Assembly (NCBI GenBank): GCA_963764715.1
Contig: CAVXTP010000015.1
Span: 128,001 to 192,000 of the forward strand
Direction of reading: 5' to 3'
Length of the DNA stretch: 64,000 nt
Source of the DNA: an uncultured Acidobacteriota bacterium
GTDB taxonomy: Bacteria; Acidobacteriota; Thermoanaerobaculia; UBA5066; Gp7-AA6
The notes beneath the pieces were generated by a model. The model was not told where the DNA came from. It saw only the letters and a list, made by a program, of their open reading frames with translations, and ran no database searches. Below, piece by piece: positions 1-7,378 of the stretch; within the stretch, counting starts at the first letter, position 1; every line of letters starts with the position of its first letter. Position numbers and translations under genes: made by a program.

Positions 1-20
1 CCTCCCCGGCGGCGACGATC

Positions 21-527
21 TCAACCACGCCGGACCTCGATCGCGACGCGGACCGGCACCGGCGCGAGCACGCGCTCGAGGTCCGCCGGGGCAATCCGGA
101 CGAGAAACCCCCGCCGCCCGCCGTTGATGAGGAAACGGTCGAGCCCGAGGATCGTCTCCTCCACGTAGACCGGCAGCCGCGCCCGCGTGCCGAAGGGGCT
201 GACGCCGCCCGGGACGTAACCGGTGTGCTTCTCGACCGCCGCCGGGCTCGCCGGCGCGACTTCCCGGGCGCCGATCTGGCGCGCGAGCTCCTTCGTCGAC
301 ACCTCGCGGTCGCCGTGCATCAGCACGATGAGCGGCTGCGGGCGGCCCTCGCGTCCGCGCGCCTCCATGACGAGCGTCTTGACGACGGCGTGCTCGTCGA
401 CGCCGAGCGCCTCGGCCGAGTGCTTCGTTCCGCCGCGCTCCACGTACGCGTAGACGTGCGGCTCGAACTCGACGCCCGCCGCGCGGAGCGCCCGGACCGC
501 CGCCGTGACGGGCACCTCCGCCTTCAA
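21..527 (-). CDS. ybaK: Cys-tRNA(Pro) deacylase / aminoacyl-tRNA editing protein, YbaK family
   Basis: Motifs VVKTLV, TGYVPGGVSPFG, INGGRRG. Likely TTG start at 527 overlaps the upstream TGA. Confidence 0.9.
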   Translation of the reverse strand: MKAEVPVTAAVRALRAAGVEFEPHVYAYVERGGTKHSAEALGVDEHAVVKTLVMEARGREGRPQPLIVLMHGDREVSTKELARQIGAREVAPASPAAVEKHTGYVPGGVSPFGTRARLPVYVEETILGLDRFLINGGRRGFLVRIAPADLERVLAPVPVRVAIEVRRG

Positions 528-712
528 CGGCAGCCGTGCAGGAAGAGCGCCCAGACCACCACGGCCAGCCAGCCGAACGCGAGGAGCCCCGCCACCCCGA
601 GGACGATGGGCTGCTGGAAGAGCGAAAACGCCTTCTCGAGCGGCGCCCCGCATCGGGCGCACGTCTGCCGCTCGTCGAGGTTGTTCTCGGCCCGACAGCT
701 CCAGCAGGTCAT
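524..712 (-). CDS. Small zinc-ribbon membrane protein
   Basis: CWSC...CARC followed by one hydrophobic helix; fills the gap between coupled genes. Confidence 0.65.
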   Translation of the reverse strand: MTCWSCRAENNLDERQTCARCGAPLEKAFSLFQQPIVLGVAGLLAFGWLAVVVWALFLHGCR

Positions 713-725
713 GCCCTCGAGAGCC

Positions 726-1223
726 TCAATCGAACTCCACGCGCGGCGGAACCTGGGTCTCGCTGACGCGCCCGGCCTCGATGTCCGCCTTGAAGTAGTT
801 CTCGCCCTTCATCGGAGCGCCCGCCATGCGGCGCAGCATCGCGAGCTGGCCGATGTGCGTCAGCGCGTCGGCGACCGGGCCCTGGAAGAGCCGCTCCTCC
901 GTCGAGCCGAGCGGCCGGCCCGAGGCGAGCCGCGCGTCGAAGCGCGCGAGTCCCGCGTGGAACCTCGCCACCTCGGCGTCCCACGGCAGCGGCTCCGAGT
1001 CGTGCCAGACGTGCCGGCCGTCGGCGAGCTGCAGGGCCCAGTCGAAGAGATCGTTGACGTGGGCGAGGATCTGGGCCGGCGTGCGGGTCCCCGGCGACGC
1101 CCGGAACCCGGCGAACATCTCGCCCGCCCCGCGCAGCGCCTTGGCGCCCCGGTACGCCACGGTTGCCACCGCGTGCCTCAGCCCCATCGGGCCGGCCCCT
1201 CCGCTCTCCGCCGCGCCGCTCAT
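726..1223 (-). CDS. DinB/YfiT-like protein
   Basis: TPAQILAH and LTHIGQLAMLRR motifs; ATGA overlap with the upstream gene. Confidence 0.75.
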   Translation of the reverse strand: MSGAAESGGAGPMGLRHAVATVAYRGAKALRGAGEMFAGFRASPGTRTPAQILAHVNDLFDWALQLADGRHVWHDSEPLPWDAEVARFHAGLARFDARLASGRPLGSTEERLFQGPVADALTHIGQLAMLRRMAGAPMKGENYFKADIEAGRVSETQVPPRVEFD

Positions 1224-1636
1224 CCGCCCTCGAGATCGCCGAGCTGCGTGAGCATCCCGAGATCGTCGACGACGTCCCAGTGCTCGACGATCCGGTTGTC
1301 GCGCAGCCGGTAGAAGTCCATCCCGCGGACGAGGATCGTCTTGCCCGTCGGGGGGATTCCGAGAAACGCGCCGCGGTGCGTGCCGCGCCAGGAGTAGCGC
1401 GCCGCGACGGTTTCGTCCTCGCCGACGAGCTCCTCGAGCGTGAAGCGCACGTCGGGGAAGCCCTCGCGCAGGGCGGCGACCTTCGCCTTGACGCCGGCCG
1501 CGCCGGCCACCTGCCCCGCAGCCGGGCTGTGATCGACGTACGCCGCGCCGACGATCGTGTCGAGCAGGCCGAGCCGTCCGCCGTTGAGCACGTCGTCGAA
1601 CAGCCGCCGGATGATGTCCTTGTTGGCTTCGCTCAT
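1220..1636 (-). CDS. SnoaL-like ester cyclase (NTF2 fold)
   Basis: MSEANKDIIRR, FPD, GTHRGAFLGIPPTGK, IVEHWDVVD. Start trimmed to ATG 1636 (ATGA overlap). Confidence 0.9.
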   Translation of the reverse strand: MSEANKDIIRRLFDDVLNGGRLGLLDTIVGAAYVDHSPAAGQVAGAAGVKAKVAALREGFPDVRFTLEELVGEDETVAARYSWRGTHRGAFLGIPPTGKTILVRGMDFYRLRDNRIVEHWDVVDDLGMLTQLGDLEGG

Positions 1637-2439
1637 GCGCGGCCTCCGGTCTCGACGATCTTCGCGGCGATCTCCCGCGCCAGCTTGGCCGCGACCATCG
1701 CCGTCATTCCCGAGGAATCCATCCGGGGATTGAACTCCACGACGTCGGCGCCCACGACCCGGCCGCGCATGCGGCGGATCACGTCGACGGCCTGGCGGGT
1801 CGTCAGCCCGCCCGGTTCGCGGTGCGAGACGCCCGGCGCGCACGAGGGATCGAGTCCGTCCAGGTCGAACGTCACGTAGACGGGGGTGTCGAACGCGAGG
1901 TCGAGGCCGTCGCGAAAGTCCTTCATCTCGATCATCTCGACGCCGAATCGCTCGGCCTGCGCGCGCTGCGGCGGATTGGCCGCCCGGATCCCGACCTGCA
2001 CGAGGCGCTGCGCGAGCCCGCTCTCCATGATCCGGGCGAACGGGCAGGCGTGCGAGAGGCGATTGCCGCCGAACTCGTCGTAGAGGTCGGGGTGCGCGTC
2101 GAACTGCAGCACCGAGAGCCGCGGATGCCGCTTCGCGAAGGCGCGCAGGATCGGATACGTGATCGCGTGATCGCCCCCGAGGGAGACGGGCGCGTGATCC
2201 CCCTCGAGGAGATGCGTCACCGCCGCCTCGATGCGCGCAAAGGTGTCCGCGCCGGGCTCCTCGCCGAGGTCGCCGGCGTCGTAGAACGCGGTGCGCGGGA
2301 GGTCGATGCCGCCCTCGGTCCAGGTGTTCGAGGACTCGCAGAACATCGCCTCGCGGATCAGCGGCGGGGCCTCGGCCGCTCCCCGCATGTACGACGAGTT
2401 CGCGTCGCTGCGAAAGCCCACGAGGGCGAGACGCGTCAC
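1633..2439 (-). CDS. speB: Agmatinase / ureohydrolase family
   Basis: Mn-binding motifs GGDHAIT, DAHPD, DLDGLDP, and VEFNP. Confidence 0.85.
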   Translation of the reverse strand: MTRLALVGFRSDANSSYMRGAAEAPPLIREAMFCESSNTWTEGGIDLPRTAFYDAGDLGEEPGADTFARIEAAVTHLLEGDHAPVSLGGDHAITYPILRAFAKRHPRLSVLQFDAHPDLYDEFGGNRLSHACPFARIMESGLAQRLVQVGIRAANPPQRAQAERFGVEMIEMKDFRDGLDLAFDTPVYVTFDLDGLDPSCAPGVSHREPGGLTTRQAVDVIRRMRGRVVGADVVEFNPRMDSSGMTAMVAAKLAREIAAKIVETGGRA

Positions 2440-2493
2440 GGCGCCTCGACCGCCGGACCGAGGCTCATCGAGACACCTCCCGTCGCGGTCGGA

Positions 2494-3567
2494 TCATAAG
2501 TCCCCGGCCGGCAAATCGCGCTCCATGCGGACGACCGGCAGGCCCGCGCCGCCCGGCAGCGGCACCACCATCGCTTCCCGTTCCGCAAAGCCGAAGGCGA
2601 GGTAAAAGGGCACGCCCGGCAGCGTCGACGCGAGCTCGACGCGCTGGAATCCCGCGGCGCGCGCCGCGTCGAGGCACGCCTCGAGAATCGCGCGGCCGAC
2701 GCCCCGCCGTGCGAAGCCGGGGTGCACGAAGAAGGCGCGGATCCGGGCCGCGTCGGTCTGCGGATCCAGAAACGGGTCCTCGACCCCCTTCATCTGGTCG
2801 CCGCCGTAGAGCGTGCGCCGGCGGCTCCAGCCCCCGCAGCCGGCGAGGAGCCCGGCCTCCTCGGCCACGAAGTAGGTGCCGTCGGAGATCAGCCGCGTGT
2901 CGGGGCCGAAGACGTGGACGATCGCGGCCTCCGTCTGCTCCTCGGTGTAGTAGCCGCGCGAGAGCTCGCGGGCGGAGCGGGGAATGAGCTCGACGAGCGC
3001 CGGAAGGTCGCCCATCGTCGCGCGGCGAAGCTCCAGCTTCGCCTCCGGAGTCTCGAAGCGGACCCGCCCGGTCGCCGCGTCCTCCTCGGCGGCCTGCAAG
3101 CCGCAACGCTCGAGCACGACGATCGACGCGGCGTTTCCCCGGGTCGTGTGCGCGATGACTTTCCGGACGCCGGGAGTGCCGAGCGCGCGGCGCACCAGGG
3201 CGCGAGCCATCTCGGTCGCGTAGCCGCGGCCGCGATGCTCGGGCGCCACGGAGTAACCGAGCTCGGCGACGCCCTCCTCCGAGGGCGGTCCGAGGAAGCC
3301 TCCCGCGCCCACGAGAGCGGCGGGCGATCCCGGCGCCGCGCGGCGCACGGCGTACCAGCCGTACCAGCCCTCGACGCCGGGTCCGCCTTCGCGCAGCCGG
3401 CCGCGGAAGAACTCCATCGCCGACCGGTCGTATTCGCCAGGCGGCCAGCTCGGCGGCACCTGCGCCGAGAGGAGGTCGGTGAGGCGCTCGGGCGCGGCGA
3501 GCTCGGCCTCGACGTGGGCGAGCGTCGCCGCCACGAGGTCGAGGCGATCGGTCGAGATGACGGTCAC
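2494..3567 (-). CDS. Tandem GNAT acetyltransferase (RimJ/RimL-type domain plus second GNAT domain)
   Basis: Two acetyl-CoA motifs, HRGRGYATE and FARRGVGR. GTG start at 3567 is inferred. Confidence 0.8.
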   Translation of the reverse strand: MTVISTDRLDLVAATLAHVEAELAAPERLTDLLSAQVPPSWPPGEYDRSAMEFFRGRLREGGPGVEGWYGWYAVRRAAPGSPAALVGAGGFLGPPSEEGVAELGYSVAPEHRGRGYATEMARALVRRALGTPGVRKVIAHTTRGNAASIVVLERCGLQAAEEDAATGRVRFETPEAKLELRRATMGDLPALVELIPRSARELSRGYYTEEQTEAAIVHVFGPDTRLISDGTYFVAEEAGLLAGCGGWSRRRTLYGGDQMKGVEDPFLDPQTDAARIRAFFVHPGFARRGVGRAILEACLDAARAAGFQRVELASTLPGVPFYLAFGFAEREAMVVPLPGGAGLPVVRMERDLPAGDL

Positions 3568-3581
3568 GGCAGGCGGCGCGG

Positions 3582-3953
3582 CTAGCGCACCTTCTCGCGC
3601 GAGAAGTGCGGGTTCTGGATGATCCCGAAGGGGTTGCCGAAGGGATCCTTCACGACCGCCACGCGGATCCCCTCGCCGACGTCGGCGAGATCCTTGAACG
3701 GCCTCGCGCCGAGGGCGAGGAGCCGCGCGAGCTCGGCCGCGGCGTCGTCGACGGCCCAGTACGCCGCGACTCCTCCCGCCGGGCCCGCCCCGCTCATGTC
3801 GGGGTCGAGGCCGAGCTCGAAGCCGCCGACCTCGAACCCCACGTAGAACGGCTGGGCGAAGTAGGGCTCGATCCCGAGCGCCCGCGTGTACCACGCTTTC
3901 GCGGCTTCGAGGTCCGGGACCTGGTAGATCACCGTGCGGAGCCCCTGGATCAT
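3582..3953 (-). CDS. VOC/glyoxalase family protein
   Basis: V.DLEAAKAWY and DPFGNPFGII; G-rich RBS before ATG 3953. Confidence 0.9.
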   Translation of the reverse strand: MIQGLRTVIYQVPDLEAAKAWYTRALGIEPYFAQPFYVGFEVGGFELGLDPDMSGAGPAGGVAAYWAVDDAAAELARLLALGARPFKDLADVGEGIRVAVVKDPFGNPFGIIQNPHFSREKVR

Positions 3954-4020
3954 CGGCGTCCCCCCTCGCGGGAGTCTATCGAGCCGGGGGGAATTTCGAG
4001 TCAATGGCGGAAATCGGAGT

Positions 4021-4087
4021 CCTGGGGCCTGACCTGCATTTCTGAATCTTTCGAGTAAAGATTCAGTTATTCAGGGCTGACCCCAGG
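4021..4087. repeat. Imperfect inverted repeat, a diverged relative of the GGGGTCAG hairpin element; contains the stop of the amidohydrolase gene
   Basis: CCTGGGG...CCCCAGG ends around an inner perfect stem CTGAATCTTT/AAAGATTCAG. Confidence 0.6.
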
Positions 4088-6252
4088 AGGCGGGCGAGGG
4101 GCTTGCCGGAGGCGTCGAGGAGCTCGAGGGCGCCGGAGGCGATCCGCCAGCGGGCGGTCGAATGGAGGGCCTCGAGGAAGCGTCGTTCGAGGTCCATCGC
4201 CGGGCAGGCCATCTTCGTCGTCATCAGGGGACCGAACGCGAGCGCCTCGCCCGCGCGGGTGTACGCGCCGGAGACGCGGTTGCAGCCGGCCGAGCCCTGG
4301 ACCTTGCCGTCGGCCGTGAAGCGGAGCTCGATCGGGCGGCCGCCCGTGTCGGCCGGGACCGTTTCGCCCCCGAGGGCGGCGAGCTTCCACGCGCCGGCGG
4401 TCAGGGATGGATCGGCGGCCCTCGGGGGCGCGGCCGCCGGCTCCGCGACGACGACCGGCGACAGTCCCGCCGCCCTGCGCCACTCGACGAGGACCACGTG
4501 GAAGCGCTGCGGACGGTCTCCCGCGGGATCGATCCGGCCGCCCGGCATCAGGTACTCGAGCTCCGCCGGCTTCTCGCGCTTCGCCCACGCCTTGAATTCG
4601 TCGAAGCGGTCGCCCGGGACGACGGCGCCGCGGGGCTCGAAGAGGAAGCCCGAGATCTTCCCCGAGGCATCGAGCCACCACGTCGCCCGGAACTTCTGCG
4701 GCGACCGGTCGATGAGGCGGTAGAAGTCGTTCATCTCGACGCCCGCGGCCGTCACCGAGTCGCGGCCCTCGCGCCAGTCGGAGTACTCGTTCTGCGAGTG
4801 GAAGTACGAATCCCAGCCGCTCCACCGCCCACCGAGCGTCCAGGCCTCGCCGGGGCCCGCCTTCGCCTCCCACCAGATCCGCGCGTCCGGCGACATGAGC
4901 GCGCCGGCCGCCGCCTCGTCGCCCCGCTTTCTCGCCGCCAGAAACTCCTGCACCTTCGCGATCCCGAGCGCGTCCTTGAACACCACGCCGCCCTTCATGA
5001 CCCAGGCCACGCGCTCGAGCGTCGCGACGTCGACGAGCGGGTTGCCGCGCACCGCGATGATGTCGGCGAACCGGCCCGGCGCGATCGCGCCCACGCGGTC
5101 CGACCAGCCCAGCAGCTCGGCCGCGCCGACCGTCGCCGCGCGGATCGCCTCGAGCGGCGTCATCCCGTGCGAGGCCATCCAGACGATCTCTTTCGCGTTC
5201 TCACCCTGGGGGAGCACCGAAGCGTCGGACCCCATCGCGATCTTCACGCCCGCCGCAACGGCCTTCCGGAACCCCTCCTCGCTTCCCCGCCGGAACCGCT
5301 CCTGGCGCTCCCGCTGCCAGGCCGGAGCGTCCGGCGAAGGAGCCTCCTCCTCCATCTCCCAGATCGCGCCGGTCGGAACGAGAAAGACGCCCTTCTCCTT
5401 GAGCATCCGCACGCCCTCGTCGTCCAGGAGCGTGCCGTGCTCGACGGAATCGACGCCGGCGCGGATCGCCGTCTTGATCCCGTCGGTGCCGTGGGCGTGC
5501 GCGGCGACCTTCTTGCCGTAGCGGTGCGCCTCGTCCACGATCGCCGTCATCTCGTCGAGGGTGAACTGGGTCTCGCTCGCGACGTTCTTTCCCTCGCCGC
5601 CGCCCTCGGTCGCCATGATCTTGATGACGTCGGCGCCGTACTTGATCTCGTACCGCGTGAGCTTGCGCACGCCGTCGACGCCGTCCGCGATCCCCGATTC
5701 GCCGCCGACCTTGATCGTCGGGGAAAGTCCTTCGACGTCTTCGTTGTGCCCGCCGGTCGAGCCGATCGCCAGGGTCGCGACCAGCATCCGCGGGCCCGCG
5801 ACGTCGCCGCGGGCGATCGCGTCGCGCAGCGCCACGTCCGTGAAGTCCTTGGCCCAGAGGTCCCGGACGGTGGTGAAGCCGGCCTCGAGAGTCACCTTCG
5901 CGCGGGCGGACGAGGTCACCGCGTCCTGCATCGGGCCGCCCTCGAGCAGGTACTTGTAGGTCGTCGTGAGATGCGTATGACAGTCGATGAGGCCGGGAAG
6001 AATGGTGGCGTCGCCCAGGTCGAAGACCTCGGAGCCCGGCGGGATCGCGAGCCCGGGCCCGACCGCCGTGATCCTCTCGCCCTCGATCAGGACGACCGGG
6101 TTCTCGACGATGCGGCCCGCGACGACGTCGAGCATCGCCTTCGCGCGGACAGCCTTGCGGCTCGCGCGCGCCGCGGCGGGCGCGGCGCCGCCGAGGATCG
6201 CCGCCACGCCGACCGCAAAGACGGCCCGCGCCATCCGCCCCAGGACCGCCAC
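4063..6252 (-). CDS. Secreted amidohydrolase (Xaa-Pro dipeptidase-like) fused to NTF2-like and META domains
   Basis: Signal peptide; PGLIDCHTH, AAHAHG, SVEHG, MGSD; C-terminal GSAGCN...TKMAC META signature. Confidence 0.85.
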   Translation of the reverse strand: MAVLGRMARAVFAVGVAAILGGAAPAAARASRKAVRAKAMLDVVAGRIVENPVVLIEGERITAVGPGLAIPPGSEVFDLGDATILPGLIDCHTHLTTTYKYLLEGGPMQDAVTSSARAKVTLEAGFTTVRDLWAKDFTDVALRDAIARGDVAGPRMLVATLAIGSTGGHNEDVEGLSPTIKVGGESGIADGVDGVRKLTRYEIKYGADVIKIMATEGGGEGKNVASETQFTLDEMTAIVDEAHRYGKKVAAHAHGTDGIKTAIRAGVDSVEHGTLLDDEGVRMLKEKGVFLVPTGAIWEMEEEAPSPDAPAWQRERQERFRRGSEEGFRKAVAAGVKIAMGSDASVLPQGENAKEIVWMASHGMTPLEAIRAATVGAAELLGWSDRVGAIAPGRFADIIAVRGNPLVDVATLERVAWVMKGGVVFKDALGIAKVQEFLAARKRGDEAAAGALMSPDARIWWEAKAGPGEAWTLGGRWSGWDSYFHSQNEYSDWREGRDSVTAAGVEMNDFYRLIDRSPQKFRATWWLDASGKISGFLFEPRGAVVPGDRFDEFKAWAKREKPAELEYLMPGGRIDPAGDRPQRFHVVLVEWRRAAGLSPVVVAEPAAAPPRAADPSLTAGAWKLAALGGETVPADTGGRPIELRFTADGKVQGSAGCNRVSGAYTRAGEALAFGPLMTTKMACPAMDLERRFLEALHSTARWRIASGALELLDASGKPLARLLGSALNN

Positions 6253-6253
6253 C

Positions 6254-7165
6254 CTACTTCCCCAGGTACTGCTGCACGTTTTCCTTCGTGATCATCGCCG
6301 TCGGGAGAACGATCTTCTTCGGCACCTTCTCGCCCTTGAAGATCTTCTCGGCGACGTCGATGGCCTCCTTGCCGCCCGTCGGGTAGATGAACGTCGCCGA
6401 GAGCTTGCCGTCGGCGACGGCCTGCCGTCCGCCGTCGAGGCCCGGCAGCGCGTCGATGCCGACGAAGAGCATCTGGCCGTCGCGGCCCTTGGCCTTGGCC
6501 GCGAGGAACGCGCCCATGGCCATCGGATCGTTGTGCGCGTAGACGAGGTCGATCTTCTCGTGCGCCGAGAGCGCCGATTCCATCTGCGCCATCGCCTCCT
6601 CGCGCAGCCAGTTGGCGACGGGGTCGTGGACGATGTGGATGTCGGGGAACCCGGCGATCGCCTCGCGGAAGCCCTCGCTCCGGTCGCGGGCGGGCGGCGA
6701 TCCGGGAAGGCCCTTGATCTCGACCACGTCGCCCTTGCCCTTGAGGACCTTCGCGATGAACTCGCCGGCGGCCTTGCCGATCTCCCGGTTGTCGGCGCCG
6801 ATGAAGGTCGTGTAGGTGTCCCCCTCGATCGCGCGGTCGAGCACGATGACGGGAATGCCCTGCTCGTAGACCCGCCGGACGATCGGCGTCAGGGGCCTGG
6901 CCTCGTTCGGCGAGATGATCAGCAGGTCGATCTTCTGACGCAGGAAGTTCTCGACGTCGGCGACCTGCTTGGCGTTGTCCTGCTGCGCGTCGGCGTAGGC
7001 GACCTCGATGTCGGGAAAGCCCTTCGCCGCTGCCGCCACGTCCGCGTTCATGGAGACGCGCCAGGGCTCCCCCAGGTTGCACTGGGAGAAGCCGATGAGG
7101 TGCTTGCCGGACTTCGCCTTGCCGCAGCCGAGGGCGCCGAACGCGAGCGCGAAGAGGGCGGCCAC
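6254..7165 (-). CDS. Sugar ABC transporter substrate-binding lipoprotein (RbsB-like)
   Basis: IGFSQ, IPVIVLDR, FIGADN, YAHNDPMAMGA, GIDA; lipobox LGC. Start uncertain; nearest GTG is 7165. Confidence 0.85.
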   Translation of the reverse strand: MAALFALAFGALGCGKAKSGKHLIGFSQCNLGEPWRVSMNADVAAAAKGFPDIEVAYADAQQDNAKQVADVENFLRQKIDLLIISPNEARPLTPIVRRVYEQGIPVIVLDRAIEGDTYTTFIGADNREIGKAAGEFIAKVLKGKGDVVEIKGLPGSPPARDRSEGFREAIAGFPDIHIVHDPVANWLREEAMAQMESALSAHEKIDLVYAHNDPMAMGAFLAAKAKGRDGQMLFVGIDALPGLDGGRQAVADGKLSATFIYPTGGKEAIDVAEKIFKGEKVPKKIVLPTAMITKENVQQYLGK

Positions 7166-7215
7166 AAGGGCCGCCCCTACGACGGGAGCGTAGGGGCGGG
7201 GCTTGTCCCCGCCCT
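7155..7215. repeat. Inverted doublet of GTAG-family REP sequences
   Basis: CGTAGGGGCGGGGCTTGTCCCCGCCCT at 7189-7215 and the inverted variant CGTAGGGGCGGCCCTTGTGGCCGCCCT at 7181-7155. Confidence 0.8.
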
Positions 7216-7220
7216 TCCGG

Positions 7221-7378
7221 CTAGCGCTTCTTCCGCTGGAGCCAGACCGGGCACGGACGGGGGTCAGGTCTTCATTTTTCGGGCCCCGGCTCCGTCCGCG
7301 GCTCGAGTCTCCGTCTCCCGGGGCCTTCGAAAAATGAGAGACCTGACCCCTACCGCTTCTTCCGCTGGAGCCAGACCG
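7221..7378. repeat. 29-bp direct repeat (7221-7249 and 7350-7378) duplicating the 3' end of the ABC gene
   Basis: CTA[G/C]CGCTTCTTCCGCTGGAGCCAGACCG, 28/29 identical. Confidence 0.9.
7260..7350. mobile_element. Non-autonomous hairpin element (REPIN/MITE-like) with GGGGTCAGGTCTTCATTTTTCG terminal inverted repeats
   Basis: The same arms recur at 31333-31401 and 31977-32110; the right arm has a 1-nt insertion. Mobility is inferred. Confidence 0.65.
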
